Part shown: positions 30,352-40,400 of the stretch, piece by piece
Numbering within the stretch: position 1 is the first letter of the stretch
Layout: each line of letters starts with the position of its first letter
DNA from: Calditrichales bacterium
Lineage (GTDB): Bacteria > Calditrichota > Calditrichia > Calditrichales > J004
NCBI GenBank assembly: GCA_965267575.1
Contig: OZ254086.1
Location: 928,001-992,000 of the forward strand
Reading direction: 5' to 3'
DNA: 64,000 nucleotides
The notes under the pieces: generated by a model
Database searches by the model: none
Told to the model about the DNA's origin: nothing
The model's input: only the letters and a program-made list of their open reading frames with translations
Translations under genes and position numbers: made by a program

Positions 30352-30370
30352 TGTAGGAATTTTGACCACA
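30352..30370. promoter_or_regulatory. Putative NarL/LuxR-type binding site TGTAGG-N7-ACCACA
   Basis: Same left half-site and spacing as 29544-29562. Confidence 0.4.
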
Positions 30371-31000
30371 TCAGGCGAGCAGTTTATTGCGAATACAGTA
30401 ATTGATCAGCTCGGCGCTGTTTTCAAAACCCATTTTCTGAAATACGCGCGCGCGATAGGTTGCGACTGTTTTTTCGCTTATATGGAGAGAACCGGCAATT
30501 TTTCCGGTAGACATACCGCCTCCAATCATGCGCATAACCTCGAATTCGCGGTCGGAAAGTCTATCGTGCGGAAGGTCTGTTTCAGCCTGGCCCTTTTCAA
30601 GCATCCGGCTGGCCAGGTCCTCACTTATATACTTTTTGCCGTAATTGATGCGTCTGATGGCGCGGACAACCTCTTTCGGATCGGCCTCTTTATTCAAATA
30701 ACCCATAGCCCCCAGGCGCAGGGCGCGCATAGCAAATTGCTCTTCAGGATAGATACTCAACATAAGTGCTTTTATATGGGGATAGCCGTTAACGATCATT
30801 TCAAGAAGCGCGAAGCTGTTGTCATTCGGCAAATTGATATCAAGAATAGCAACGTTTATCTGCGGGTCCTGCAAAGCTTTAATCGCTTCCGCTTTATTGT
30901 TTGCTTCTGCGACAACCTGCATGTCACCTTCATGCTCGATTAGCTCTCTGATTCCGAGCCGGGTGAGGGGGTGATCTTCCACGATCATTACTTTGATCAT
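30371..31000 (-). CDS. NarL/FixJ-family response regulator (UvrY-like)
   Basis: EDHP, LDINLP, LSDREFEV, KTVATYRAR. Confidence 0.93.
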   Translation of the reverse strand: MIKVMIVEDHPLTRLGIRELIEHEGDMQVVAEANNKAEAIKALQDPQINVAILDINLPNDNSFALLEMIVNGYPHIKALMLSIYPEEQFAMRALRLGAMGYLNKEADPKEVVRAIRRINYGKKYISEDLASRMLEKGQAETDLPHDRLSDREFEVMRMIGGGMSTGKIAGSLHISEKTVATYRARVFQKMGFENSAELINYCIRNKLLA

Positions 31001-32790
31001 TACGGCCTCCCTTTACGCGGAATATACAGTTTTATTTGCGTTCCTCCCTGCGCCCGCTTACACAATAAAAACCGGCCGCCGACACTATTGGCACGCTCTT
31101 CCATGCTCAGTAAACCCAGGGATGTCCGGTCTTTCCGCAGTTTATCTATACCCACGCCATCATCGTTTATAATAACCGTAAGATTGCCGCCATTTTGTTC
31201 AAGCTTAACTTCCACCAGGCTTGCCTGCGCATGTTTCAGAATATTGGTTAAAGCCTCTTGGATGATATGAAATACAGCTGTTTTTTCGTTACGTTGCGGT
31301 TGCCAATGCAAAGTTTTTTTTTGAAATACTGTTTGTATAGATGTCTTTTTTTCAAAATCGTCAAGCTGCCAGGCCAGAATTTCTTCCAGCGGTAAGTTTA
31401 ATATGGCAGGATGAAGTTTGCTGATAAGACTTCGGGTCTGTTTGATGGCACGCTCCAGGGAATGAATACACAGGTCAAGTTTCTCAAAATAGGCTTTATT
31501 GCCCGGGATGCTGGCACTGTTTTTTTTGGCCTCGTTTTTTAATCCGTGCAATATATATTTTGTGGAAACCAGTTCCTGCGCAAATTCATCGTGCAGCGTT
31601 TCGGCAATGCTTCTGCGCTCCTCTTCCCGTACCTGTTGCACTTTATGTGTCAGTTCACGCAGCCTTTGCGTGCGTTCGATTTTTTCTGATATGTCGCGCG
31701 CCATAACTGTAAAATAGACCCGCTTGCCTGTCGTAAATGTACTGAAACTCACCTCAACGGGAAATGTAAGGCCGCCTTTTTTGTAATAAAGACGGTCGCC
31801 TAAAAAGTGCGTGTCTTCTTCCAGGGCCGCCTGCACGTGGCGGTCAATATCTTCAGCACTATGGGCCACCACATCATAGTGGCGCATTTTCAGCAGCTCT
31901 TCGCGGCTAAAACCGGTCATCTGGCAAAAAGCCTTATTCACGTCCACAATAAGCCGCGTATGCACATCTACGATATAAATGGCGTCTTTGGCCGTTTCAA
32001 CAATCGATTTATGCCGCGACATGGTATGCCGCAGCGTCTGTTCGGCACGTTTCAGCTCATCAATATCTTCAAAAATGATCATCGCGTATTGTGCTTCCCC
32101 CGCGTCATTACGCACCATGGCCGTGTGCTGACAAACCCAGAACAATTTTCCATCCTTGCTTACGCAACGTTTTTCCAGCCGCGTATCATTATTGCTAAAA
32201 TCGTGCCTGGACAAACGGATATCTTTTTGATGATCGCCTTTGTAGGTCAGCGACATAATGGTCCGTCCCATCAATTCCGGATAGGCAAACCCAAACATCT
32301 GAACAAACTTGCGGTTAACGTCAATTATCTCGGCGTCGAGGTTGACAAAGGCAATGGCCAGCGGTCCGTTTTCAAAAGCCAGGCGGAAGCGCTCTTTTTC
32401 TTTTCGCAGATTGTTTTCCAAAAGGTGCTCACGGGTCACGTCGCGGGTAATTTTGGCAAAGCCGACAAATTCATTTTTTTCGTGGAGGGCAATAAGGATG
32501 GCATGGGCGTAAAAACTGCCTTCACCGGCCCGCCGCCGCCAGCCGTACTCTTCAAAGCGGCCGGATTCACGTGCTTTGTCCAAGTGATGTTCAGGAAGTT
32601 TTTTGCGGCGATCGTCTTCCAGGTAGAGGGTCCGGAAGTGCTTGCCGATAATCTGTTCGCGAGTCCAGCCTTTGATCAGCTCGGCGCCGCTGTTCCAGCT
32701 TTGGATAATACCCTGCTCATCCAGCAAAAAAATGGCATAATCAGGGAGATTGTCTATTAACAGACTGTATTTTTGGCCTATATCCAACAT
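31000..32790 (-). CDS. Cytoplasmic PAS(x3)-HisKA_3 sensor kinase
   Basis: SWNSGAE PAS; EERRSIAETLHDE, QEALTN, DDGVG, LGLLSMEER. Confidence 0.92.
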   Translation of the reverse strand: MLDIGQKYSLLIDNLPDYAIFLLDEQGIIQSWNSGAELIKGWTREQIIGKHFRTLYLEDDRRKKLPEHHLDKARESGRFEEYGWRRRAGEGSFYAHAILIALHEKNEFVGFAKITRDVTREHLLENNLRKEKERFRLAFENGPLAIAFVNLDAEIIDVNRKFVQMFGFAYPELMGRTIMSLTYKGDHQKDIRLSRHDFSNNDTRLEKRCVSKDGKLFWVCQHTAMVRNDAGEAQYAMIIFEDIDELKRAEQTLRHTMSRHKSIVETAKDAIYIVDVHTRLIVDVNKAFCQMTGFSREELLKMRHYDVVAHSAEDIDRHVQAALEEDTHFLGDRLYYKKGGLTFPVEVSFSTFTTGKRVYFTVMARDISEKIERTQRLRELTHKVQQVREEERRSIAETLHDEFAQELVSTKYILHGLKNEAKKNSASIPGNKAYFEKLDLCIHSLERAIKQTRSLISKLHPAILNLPLEEILAWQLDDFEKKTSIQTVFQKKTLHWQPQRNEKTAVFHIIQEALTNILKHAQASLVEVKLEQNGGNLTVIINDDGVGIDKLRKDRTSLGLLSMEERANSVGGRFLLCKRAQGGTQIKLYIPRKGRP

Positions 32791-32871
32791 AAGCTTACGG
32801 GGTTTAGGATTGTGCAGCCAATACGACCCGCTATGGTACGCAGCCCTAACCCCGATGGCAAGCTTTAAATA

Positions 32872-34848
32872 TCAGGGGAGATAAAGCATTTTTTTCTGCT
32901 GCGTTTGCCCTTCCGCCGTAATGCGATAGGTGTAAAGCCCTGCGGCCAGTTCACGGGCTACAAAAGAGAGCTCCTTGCTGCCGGCAGAATCGTAGGTAAG
33001 TGTTCTTGATTCTACCTTGCGCCCGCGGATGTCAAAAACTTCAAAGACCACACGGCCGGGGCTGGCGATAAAAAACTCTATGGATGTACCCGGGTTAAAG
33101 GGATTGGGATAATTCTGCTCCAGGCGGAAGCTCTCCGGTTGTGCTCCCGGGCCGCCGATGGAGGAAACATTGTCTAGACGGAACTGCTGCAGGTTAAAGC
33201 CGCCCTGCTCAAAAACCAGGCGTAATTCCTGGCTGCCGGCGCTCATCTCAATGGTGTCTTTAAGGCTCAGCTCTTTCCAGCTGTACCAACCGCCGGTAGC
33301 TGCCACAGCCACGGGCCCGGCCACCTTACTGCCGTTGACGTAAACGCTTATCTGCCCGCCGCCGCTTTGCGAAGCAACATATAAGGTAAGATTGTATCCA
33401 CCGCTCTCGGTCACGTCAACCGTGTAATCGACCCATTCGCCGTCTTCAATCCAGCCGATGCTGTATTCCGCGCCGTCGGAAGCGTTGCTCTTTTCCAGGT
33501 CAACGCCATCGTTGCGCAGCTCGTAGCCGCGGTTCCAGGGCTGGTCGGCATCCCAGTAGGTTTTTTTCCAGTCGTTGTCACCATAGGCCTGGTTGATATT
33601 GCCGATATCATAAGCGTAAGCCGGGATCATGCCGGGAACCTCGAGGTGCATGTAAGGCATGGTTTCCGTGCCATAATTCTCATTCAGCATGGAAGGCAGC
33701 AGGTCCGGACGATAGGTGCATTTGTCCAGCGCAAGGTTGTCGGCCATCTCCCACAATGCCGCCGTGGCAAAATTCTGCGAAGGACGCGACGCCCGACCGT
33801 TCCAGTAATCCAGCACCTGCTGGTAGCCCGGCAGGATCGGCGCGCTGTAGGGGCTTGTGATCGTGGCTAACTTTTTATGGGTCCACCAGCACCAGCTTAC
33901 GTTTTCCTGCTCCAGCAGGCGGATCGTTTCGTAAAACCAGGGATTGCTGTTTTCGCCGGACTCGCCCATCCACAATGGGATGCCCCAGTCGCGGCGCATA
34001 TTCAGGTAAGTCTGGATTGTCCCTTTGGTGGTTTCGCTCCAGTACTTGTGGAAGCTGTAAGAGATGTTGAAATCCCAGGGCGGTACCAGCTCCGAAAAAT
34101 CGGTGGCGTAGGTGTTGCCTTCCACAAAAAGCACATGCTGATCGCCCAGGTCGCGGATGGCGTTTGTCAGCCTCACATAAAGCGCGCGCAGGTCACGCCC
34201 CGGCACCCCGGAGGGTAGCACCGGCTCGTTGATCAGGTCGTAACCTGCAATGACGGCTTCGTCTTTGTAGCGCCGTGAAATCTCGCTCCAGATGGCAACG
34301 GTTTTGTCCTTGTATTTTTCTTCCAGCCACAGCCGCGCCGTACCGTCACTGTCGCTGATGTTGCCGCCGTTCTGGCCGCCGGGGGCGGCATGCATATCCA
34401 AAATCAGGTATAGATCGTATTTACGGCACCAGGCGATCACCGTGTCAATCACGGCAAAGCCCTCTTCCAGGAATCCCGCCGAATCCATCGGTGACAGCTT
34501 GTTGTAATGAAGCGGCAGACGGATGCTGTTAAAACCCCATTCGGCGATTTTGGCGATGTCCGCCTCGGCCACGTAGTTTGCTTCATAGCGGCGGTAAAAC
34601 TCTGCGGTATTTTCCTCGCCAATCAGATCGGTGATCATTTCACGGATGGAGGTGGGCGAGCCGAAGCCGGGCGTGTGCAGCATATAACCCTCCGGCACAA
34701 GCCAGCCGCCCAGCCCATAACCGCGCAGGAAAACCTCGCTGCCGGTTGAATCGACAAACACACCGTTTTGCGCTTTAAAATTTAAACCGTTGGCGGAAGC
34801 GGCGCCGCAAAGAACAAGAAACAACAGAGACGTCAATAACTTTTTCAT
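32872..34848 (-). CDS. GH5 beta-glucanase + CBM6 + T9SS-type CTD
   Basis: LGGWLVPEGYM, YDLINEP, WMGESGEN; GWIEDGEW..ATGGW; YPNPFNP. Confidence 0.9.
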   Translation of the reverse strand: MKKLLTSLLFLVLCGAASANGLNFKAQNGVFVDSTGSEVFLRGYGLGGWLVPEGYMLHTPGFGSPTSIREMITDLIGEENTAEFYRRYEANYVAEADIAKIAEWGFNSIRLPLHYNKLSPMDSAGFLEEGFAVIDTVIAWCRKYDLYLILDMHAAPGGQNGGNISDSDGTARLWLEEKYKDKTVAIWSEISRRYKDEAVIAGYDLINEPVLPSGVPGRDLRALYVRLTNAIRDLGDQHVLFVEGNTYATDFSELVPPWDFNISYSFHKYWSETTKGTIQTYLNMRRDWGIPLWMGESGENSNPWFYETIRLLEQENVSWCWWTHKKLATITSPYSAPILPGYQQVLDYWNGRASRPSQNFATAALWEMADNLALDKCTYRPDLLPSMLNENYGTETMPYMHLEVPGMIPAYAYDIGNINQAYGDNDWKKTYWDADQPWNRGYELRNDGVDLEKSNASDGAEYSIGWIEDGEWVDYTVDVTESGGYNLTLYVASQSGGGQISVYVNGSKVAGPVAVAATGGWYSWKELSLKDTIEMSAGSQELRLVFEQGGFNLQQFRLDNVSSIGGPGAQPESFRLEQNYPNPFNPGTSIEFFIASPGRVVFEVFDIRGRKVESRTLTYDSAGSKELSFVARELAAGLYTYRITAEGQTQQKKMLYLP

Positions 34849-34856
34849 CAGATCAC

Positions 34857-35885
34857 CTATGGTAGTAAAGCATCACGCAGTTGCGTAACCCATTGATTGT
34901 TTTCTTTGTCGTATGCCCCAAAGCCGGCGGCAAACTCCCAGTAGGCCCAGCTAAAACCGAGCGCTTCGGCGCTGCGTGTGACAAAATTCGTCCAGCGGGC
35001 GCGGCTGGCCATATCGGCTTTGCTGTAGGCGCCAAACTCCCCGATGTGCAGCGGCACATTGTTGGCGGCGGAGAACGCGGCCGCTTTGTTTAATGCCTCC
35101 GTCACGGCACTCTTTTCGGCGCTTGTACCCAGCCAGGTGGTTCCCAGCCATTCATCGGCGCCGTCCACCCATTCCGCACCCTGGTGCGTAAAGTGGAACG
35201 GCTCGTAATAATGCACGGTCACGATCAGGTTGTCGTCAGCGGGCAGCTGCAACTTGTCCAGGCCATGCACGCCGCCCCATTCCGCCGTGCCTATAACAAG
35301 CGTGTGTACGGTATCAATCTGGCGGATCATCGCCACTGTTTCCGCGGCCAGCGTGTTCCACAGTTCGGCAGTGAGATTGTCGTGCGGCTCGTTGAGCAGC
35401 TCCCACATGACCGTGGTGGGATATGCGGCGTAATGTTCGGCCAGCTGCGCCCAGATTGCCTTGTAGCGTTCCGTTTGCGCGGCGGGCTCGGCAAATATCT
35501 CCTGATAATGGTGGATATTCAGCATCACGGCCAGGTTGTTTTCCAGCGCTTTGTTTACGGCCCAATCCACCCGCGCCAGAAAAGCCGCGTCTATGGTGTA
35601 GGGCGCCGTTTCCTGCGCGTGGGCGCTCCAGCGTACGGTAATGCGCACTGAGTTAAAGCCGGCATCGGCGATGATGCCGAACCACTCTTCCTGCAGCACA
35701 ATGCCCCAATCGCCTTCGTTGGGCGCTTCCAGGGCGTTGCCTAGGTTAATGCCGCGGCCCAGCAGGGCGTTCTGCTCAAACGGGTCGGGCTTGGTCAGGT
35801 TACCGGGCTTTTCCTGTTCCGGCTCGGTGGTGCTTTGCGAGGAACAGGCAAACGCCAGCAAAAAAACAATCAGAAAACGCAACAC
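34857..35885 (-). CDS. GH5 endoglucanase lipoprotein
   Basis: Lipobox AFAC; GINLGNALEAP, ELLNEP, HYYEPFHFTHQGA, IGEFG. Confidence 0.92.
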   Translation of the reverse strand: MLRFLIVFLLAFACSSQSTTEPEQEKPGNLTKPDPFEQNALLGRGINLGNALEAPNEGDWGIVLQEEWFGIIADAGFNSVRITVRWSAHAQETAPYTIDAAFLARVDWAVNKALENNLAVMLNIHHYQEIFAEPAAQTERYKAIWAQLAEHYAAYPTTVMWELLNEPHDNLTAELWNTLAAETVAMIRQIDTVHTLVIGTAEWGGVHGLDKLQLPADDNLIVTVHYYEPFHFTHQGAEWVDGADEWLGTTWLGTSAEKSAVTEALNKAAAFSAANNVPLHIGEFGAYSKADMASRARWTNFVTRSAEALGFSWAYWEFAAGFGAYDKENNQWVTQLRDALLP

Positions 35886-35893
35886 ATTAACTC

Positions 35894-37471
35894 CTACCAG
35901 AACCGGATATAGAGAATAGCCAGTATCGCGAAAATCAGGATTGAACTGATATTAAACACATTACCGGTATGGAACAGTTTATCGCTGATGATAAAGCCCT
36001 TGGGATCTTCTGTACGGTTCTTGGATTTATTTTCAATTAATGAAATGATGATCATGGCAACGCTGACGATCAGGAAGACCACGCCCATACGATTTAAGAA
36101 CGGGAAGTCCGGATACATCATTTTAAAGCCCCAGCTCAGCGGGATGGTCAGCACAGCTGCCCAGACAGCCGAGTTAGCCGTGGCCTTTTTCCAGAACAGG
36201 CCGAAGATAAAAATGGCAAAGATACCCGGGCTTACAAAGCCGGAGAATTCCTGGATAAACTGGAACACCTGTTCGAATGTTTTCAGGGTCGGCGCGATAA
36301 TAACGGCAATAAGCAGGGCGATGGCGCTGCCGATACGACCCACCAGCACAAGGCCGGTTTCGGTCGCGTCTTTTTTGATCAGCTGTTTGTAAATGTCTAT
36401 GGAAAAGATGGTGGCCGTGCTGTTCACCATGGAACTGAGCGAACTGACGATGGCAGCGATAAGCGCGGCAAAAGCCAGACCTTTCAGGCCGATCGGCACG
36501 TAGGTGCTGAGCAGCCAGGGATAAGCCTCGTCGGGTTTGGCCAGATCGGGATTAAGCATGGCAGCGGCAATACCCGGCACCACAACAATCATCGGCAGCA
36601 AAAGTTTGAGAAAGCCGCCAAAGACCAAACCACGCTGCGCTTCCTGCACGCTCTTGGCCGCCAGACCGCGCTGGGTGATGTACTGGTTACAGCCCCAGTA
36701 GAAAAAGTGCGCCATCCACATACCGCCCAGCAAAACACCCAAACCGGGCAGTTCTTTATAGTTCGGATTGTCCGGCGAAAGAATCATATCAAACTTGTCC
36801 GGCATCTCACTTATCAACATGGAAAGACCGGTAAATACGCCGCCTTGGTTGCTTACCGCGTTAAGCGCCATAAAACTTGTTACCAGACCGCCGATGATCA
36901 AAACCGTCACCTGCACCACGTCCGTCCAGGCTACGGCTTTAAGACCACCGTAGATGGAGTAAAGCGCCGAGAAAGCGGCCAGGCCGATGATACCGTACAT
37001 CAGCGGAATGCCCATGATGGTGCGCATGGCCAGCGCGCCGAGATAAAGCACCGACGTCAGGTTTACAAAGATGTAGAGCAGCAGCCAGAAAATCGCCAAA
37101 CCGGTGCGCACGCGGTGGTCGTAGCGGATTTCCAGAAGCTGCGGCATGGTATAGATCTCTTTTTCCAGGAAAATGGGCAGAAAGAATTTTGCAATCACAA
37201 TAAGCGCGATGGCCGCGGTCCATTCGTAGGTGGCAATCCCCAACCCGATCACGTAGCCGGAGCCGGACATGCCAATAAACTGCTCGGCGGAGATATTGGC
37301 CGCGATCAGTGATGCGCCCACCGCCCACCAGGGCAGTGCTTTACTGGCCAGAAAGTAATCTTTACTGTCCTTTTTGTGTCCCTTTTTCTCACGCGATACC
37401 CACAAACCCAAAAACACAATAAAGGCGATGTAGCCTATGAATATGATATAATCCAGTGTGGAAAAATTCAT
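35894..37471 (-). CDS. Sodium:sugar symporter (SLC5, vSGLT-like)
   Basis: IAANISAEQFIGMSG, GGLKAVAWTD, AAIVSSL, FQFIQE. Confidence 0.93.
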   Translation of the reverse strand: MNFSTLDYIIFIGYIAFIVFLGLWVSREKKGHKKDSKDYFLASKALPWWAVGASLIAANISAEQFIGMSGSGYVIGLGIATYEWTAAIALIVIAKFFLPIFLEKEIYTMPQLLEIRYDHRVRTGLAIFWLLLYIFVNLTSVLYLGALAMRTIMGIPLMYGIIGLAAFSALYSIYGGLKAVAWTDVVQVTVLIIGGLVTSFMALNAVSNQGGVFTGLSMLISEMPDKFDMILSPDNPNYKELPGLGVLLGGMWMAHFFYWGCNQYITQRGLAAKSVQEAQRGLVFGGFLKLLLPMIVVVPGIAAAMLNPDLAKPDEAYPWLLSTYVPIGLKGLAFAALIAAIVSSLSSMVNSTATIFSIDIYKQLIKKDATETGLVLVGRIGSAIALLIAVIIAPTLKTFEQVFQFIQEFSGFVSPGIFAIFIFGLFWKKATANSAVWAAVLTIPLSWGFKMMYPDFPFLNRMGVVFLIVSVAMIIISLIENKSKNRTEDPKGFIISDKLFHTGNVFNISSILIFAILAILYIRFW

Positions 37472-37493
37472 TTTGACTCCCTGAGTTAGGTTT

Positions 37494-40400
37494 TTATCGT
37501 ATCAATAACATTTTTTTTACGGCAACTGCTTTACCGTCAATTTTCATTTGATAAAAATACAATCCGCTGGCATTATTGTGCGCGATAAAATCCGCCGTGT
37601 GCCATCCTGCCGTCATGTTGCCGTTAACCAGTACAGCGATCTCGCGGCCCAGCACATCATACACGGCCAGATGCACGTTTGCCGCCCGTGCCAGCCCAAA
37701 GGCAATGCGCGTTTGCGGATTAAACGGATTGGGGTAATTCGGTTTTAGCTCAAATTGCAGCGGGTAATTTGCCACATCGTTTTCAATATGTGTATAGACC
37801 GTATTTTGGACGCCCGGACTACCGTTACCGGCGGAAGCGGCCCAGCTTTGGGCCAGGGCGTTATCTTTTGCGGGATTAATCAATTCCAGTGTGGCTCCGT
37901 CCCCGTCCGGCGATAAGGGCCACGGTGATTTATCGTCGTAGCGCACCGAATCTACCAGCGCCAGTGTGGCATCAAAGAGTCGCAGCAATTCGCCGGCGCC
38001 ATCAAAGCCGAACTCGACGGGTCCAAGCAGGGTGATGTCCGGATCGCTGAAAAAGGAGCGAAATGCCAGCGTATCGCGGCTGAGCACGAGATATTCTCCG
38101 GCAGCCAACGACGTGCCCTGCGGCAAAACAAAGGCATGCTGATCGTCGCTGTCTTTGAACACCCAGCCGCTCAGGTCCACCTGCTCATTTCCCGCGTTCA
38201 GCAGTTCAAGCCAGTCTTCACACTCAAAGTCGGGGTGGCTGTTATAGTTGATCTCATTTATCACAATGGCCGGGGTTTCTGTTTTTGTAAAAAGCGCTTT
38301 AAGCGATTGCCCCTGCGGGCGGACAAAAATGTTGGACTGCGATGAAGCATGACCCTCCCAGCCGCTGAAGTTATAGCCCGGGTCCGGTTTAGCCTGCAGC
38401 TCTACATCCTGCTCGTTAAAAAAGGGCGCTTTGAAGTCGCTGCCGGAGACGTCCACGCCTTCTACAAAAACGCGGCCGCCCTGCGCAGGGGCCAAAACAT
38501 TCAGCATGGGCCCGGAGGTTAGATTGAATTCCAGCATGATGTGCGCCAGCAGGTAAGGAGAACGGTATTCGGCGAACTCACGCATCACGGAAATACCCCA
38601 CTGCCATATGCCGAAATCGCGGTTCCAGCGCTGGTGATGGCGTCCGATCTCAGTGGCTATTTTGTTCTGCAGCGAATCGAGCAACGCCAAAACGTGCGGG
38701 CCGCCCAGGTTCCGGTTAAGATGAACTACCGCGCGATTACTGAAGCGGCGGCGGAACTGCGGGTTTTGGGTAATCAGACGGAAAAGCTCCGTGGACCAGG
38801 CCGGATTGGGCCAGTTGGGGCCGTTCTCCTGCAGGGCAAAGTCCATCATATTTTTGTCATAAGTTGAGCCACTATACAGACCAAAGGAAAAATCGGTGTC
38901 GAACAGCAGCCAGCGGAAACGGCCGTCTTCGTGTTGCGGCCGCCAGTATTTGATATTGTTGCCGGGCCAGTCGGTGTTGGCGCCAAAAAGCTGCAGCAGG
39001 GTGTAATCGATATAGGAATCGACGTCCATCATTCCTGCCAGCGGCGGGAATGCTTCTTCACGCGTCATATCCGTAGTGCGCAGATAATCGAGCATGGAGC
39101 GGTAAGCATCGGCACTGCCATGGATGACAAATTTGTCGTTTTCAAGCAGATCAATGCTGTCGGGGTCAATATTATAATGGCCGGCGAAATAGTGCTCATT
39201 AGCCTTTTCGCGCAGGTTGTGGATGCCCCAGTATTCACCGTTGATATAAAGCACCACCGGTCTGTAAGCAAGGTGGTCAATATCCATGCGCGAGGCCAGG
39301 CTGTGCATCAAAGGATCGCGTAGCAGGGTGGACTCCCAGTCGTTGCCGCCGTTGCGCAGCACAAAGGCTTCAAAGCGGTCGATGCCTTTTGCGCCAAAAA
39401 GCGGGTAGTCCAGATCTCCGGCGCCATAAGCCGAGCGGAAAAATACCGCCAGCGATTTCTGCGGGTGCGCGCGCGACCAGCCACCCATGATCTTGATTCC
39501 CGCCTGCGCGTTCCAGGCCGGGCTGCCATCTTTTTCAAACATCTCCAGCGTTACCGGCACCTCGATGTCTTTCCAGAAGTTGGCGCCAAAGTAGGGCACG
39601 GAAGGCTGGGCGTCAGGCCCGTGCATGTAAATACCGGTTTGTTCATCAAACAAATTGGCAGGCTCTGTGGCCAGGGAAATAACCGGCAAATCGTGGTTTT
39701 CGTTTATAAAATAAGTGGCGCTGAAAACATCTCCGGGCACGTAACCCGGTGCGAAGGCGCGTGCCCGCAGCACGGTCGTATTTTGTATTCTGAAAGGTGT
39801 CTCGTATAAAGCGGAGTTTTCATGGGGTGTGCTGCCGTCCAGCGTGTAACGGATGGCAAAGCCGGAATCGGCCTGCAGATAAACGCGCGGGGCTGTTACG
39901 AAAAAGCCCCCGACGGGAGAGGCGCTGATGTCCGGCGCCCTGCCGGCGTAGTGCGGCCCCATGTTGGCGGCGGCCGGAGTGGGTTGCACAAAAATGCCCC
40001 TGTTCTCCGAACCATCCGGTAAGAGGCCAAACGATTCATCCGCGGCAAGGGCAGGCACGGCCATACTGTCCACAAGGCCGCTGCTGCCGGAGAGATATAA
40101 CGTTTCGGAGCCGCTGTTGACTTTGAAGTTGGCGTGCCATTCCACCTGCGGCAGCCATGCCTGCGGCTGCGGTGTTTCGGAAACAAAAGCTTCCGAAGTG
40201 TAGCCGGCGCTCAAGAATGGAATGCAGCTCATATCGCTGGAGTTCTCCCCGAAATTGTGCACTTCAATGGCCAGCATGTTTTGGCCGTTTTGCAGGGCGC
40301 TCATGTCAAGCTCGTATCGTTCCGCCCGGCCACCGCTGTACAGTTGCGCTTCGCGGCCGGTGTTTGCCCATTGGTCAAAGGTCACCGTCTCGCCGGGTTC

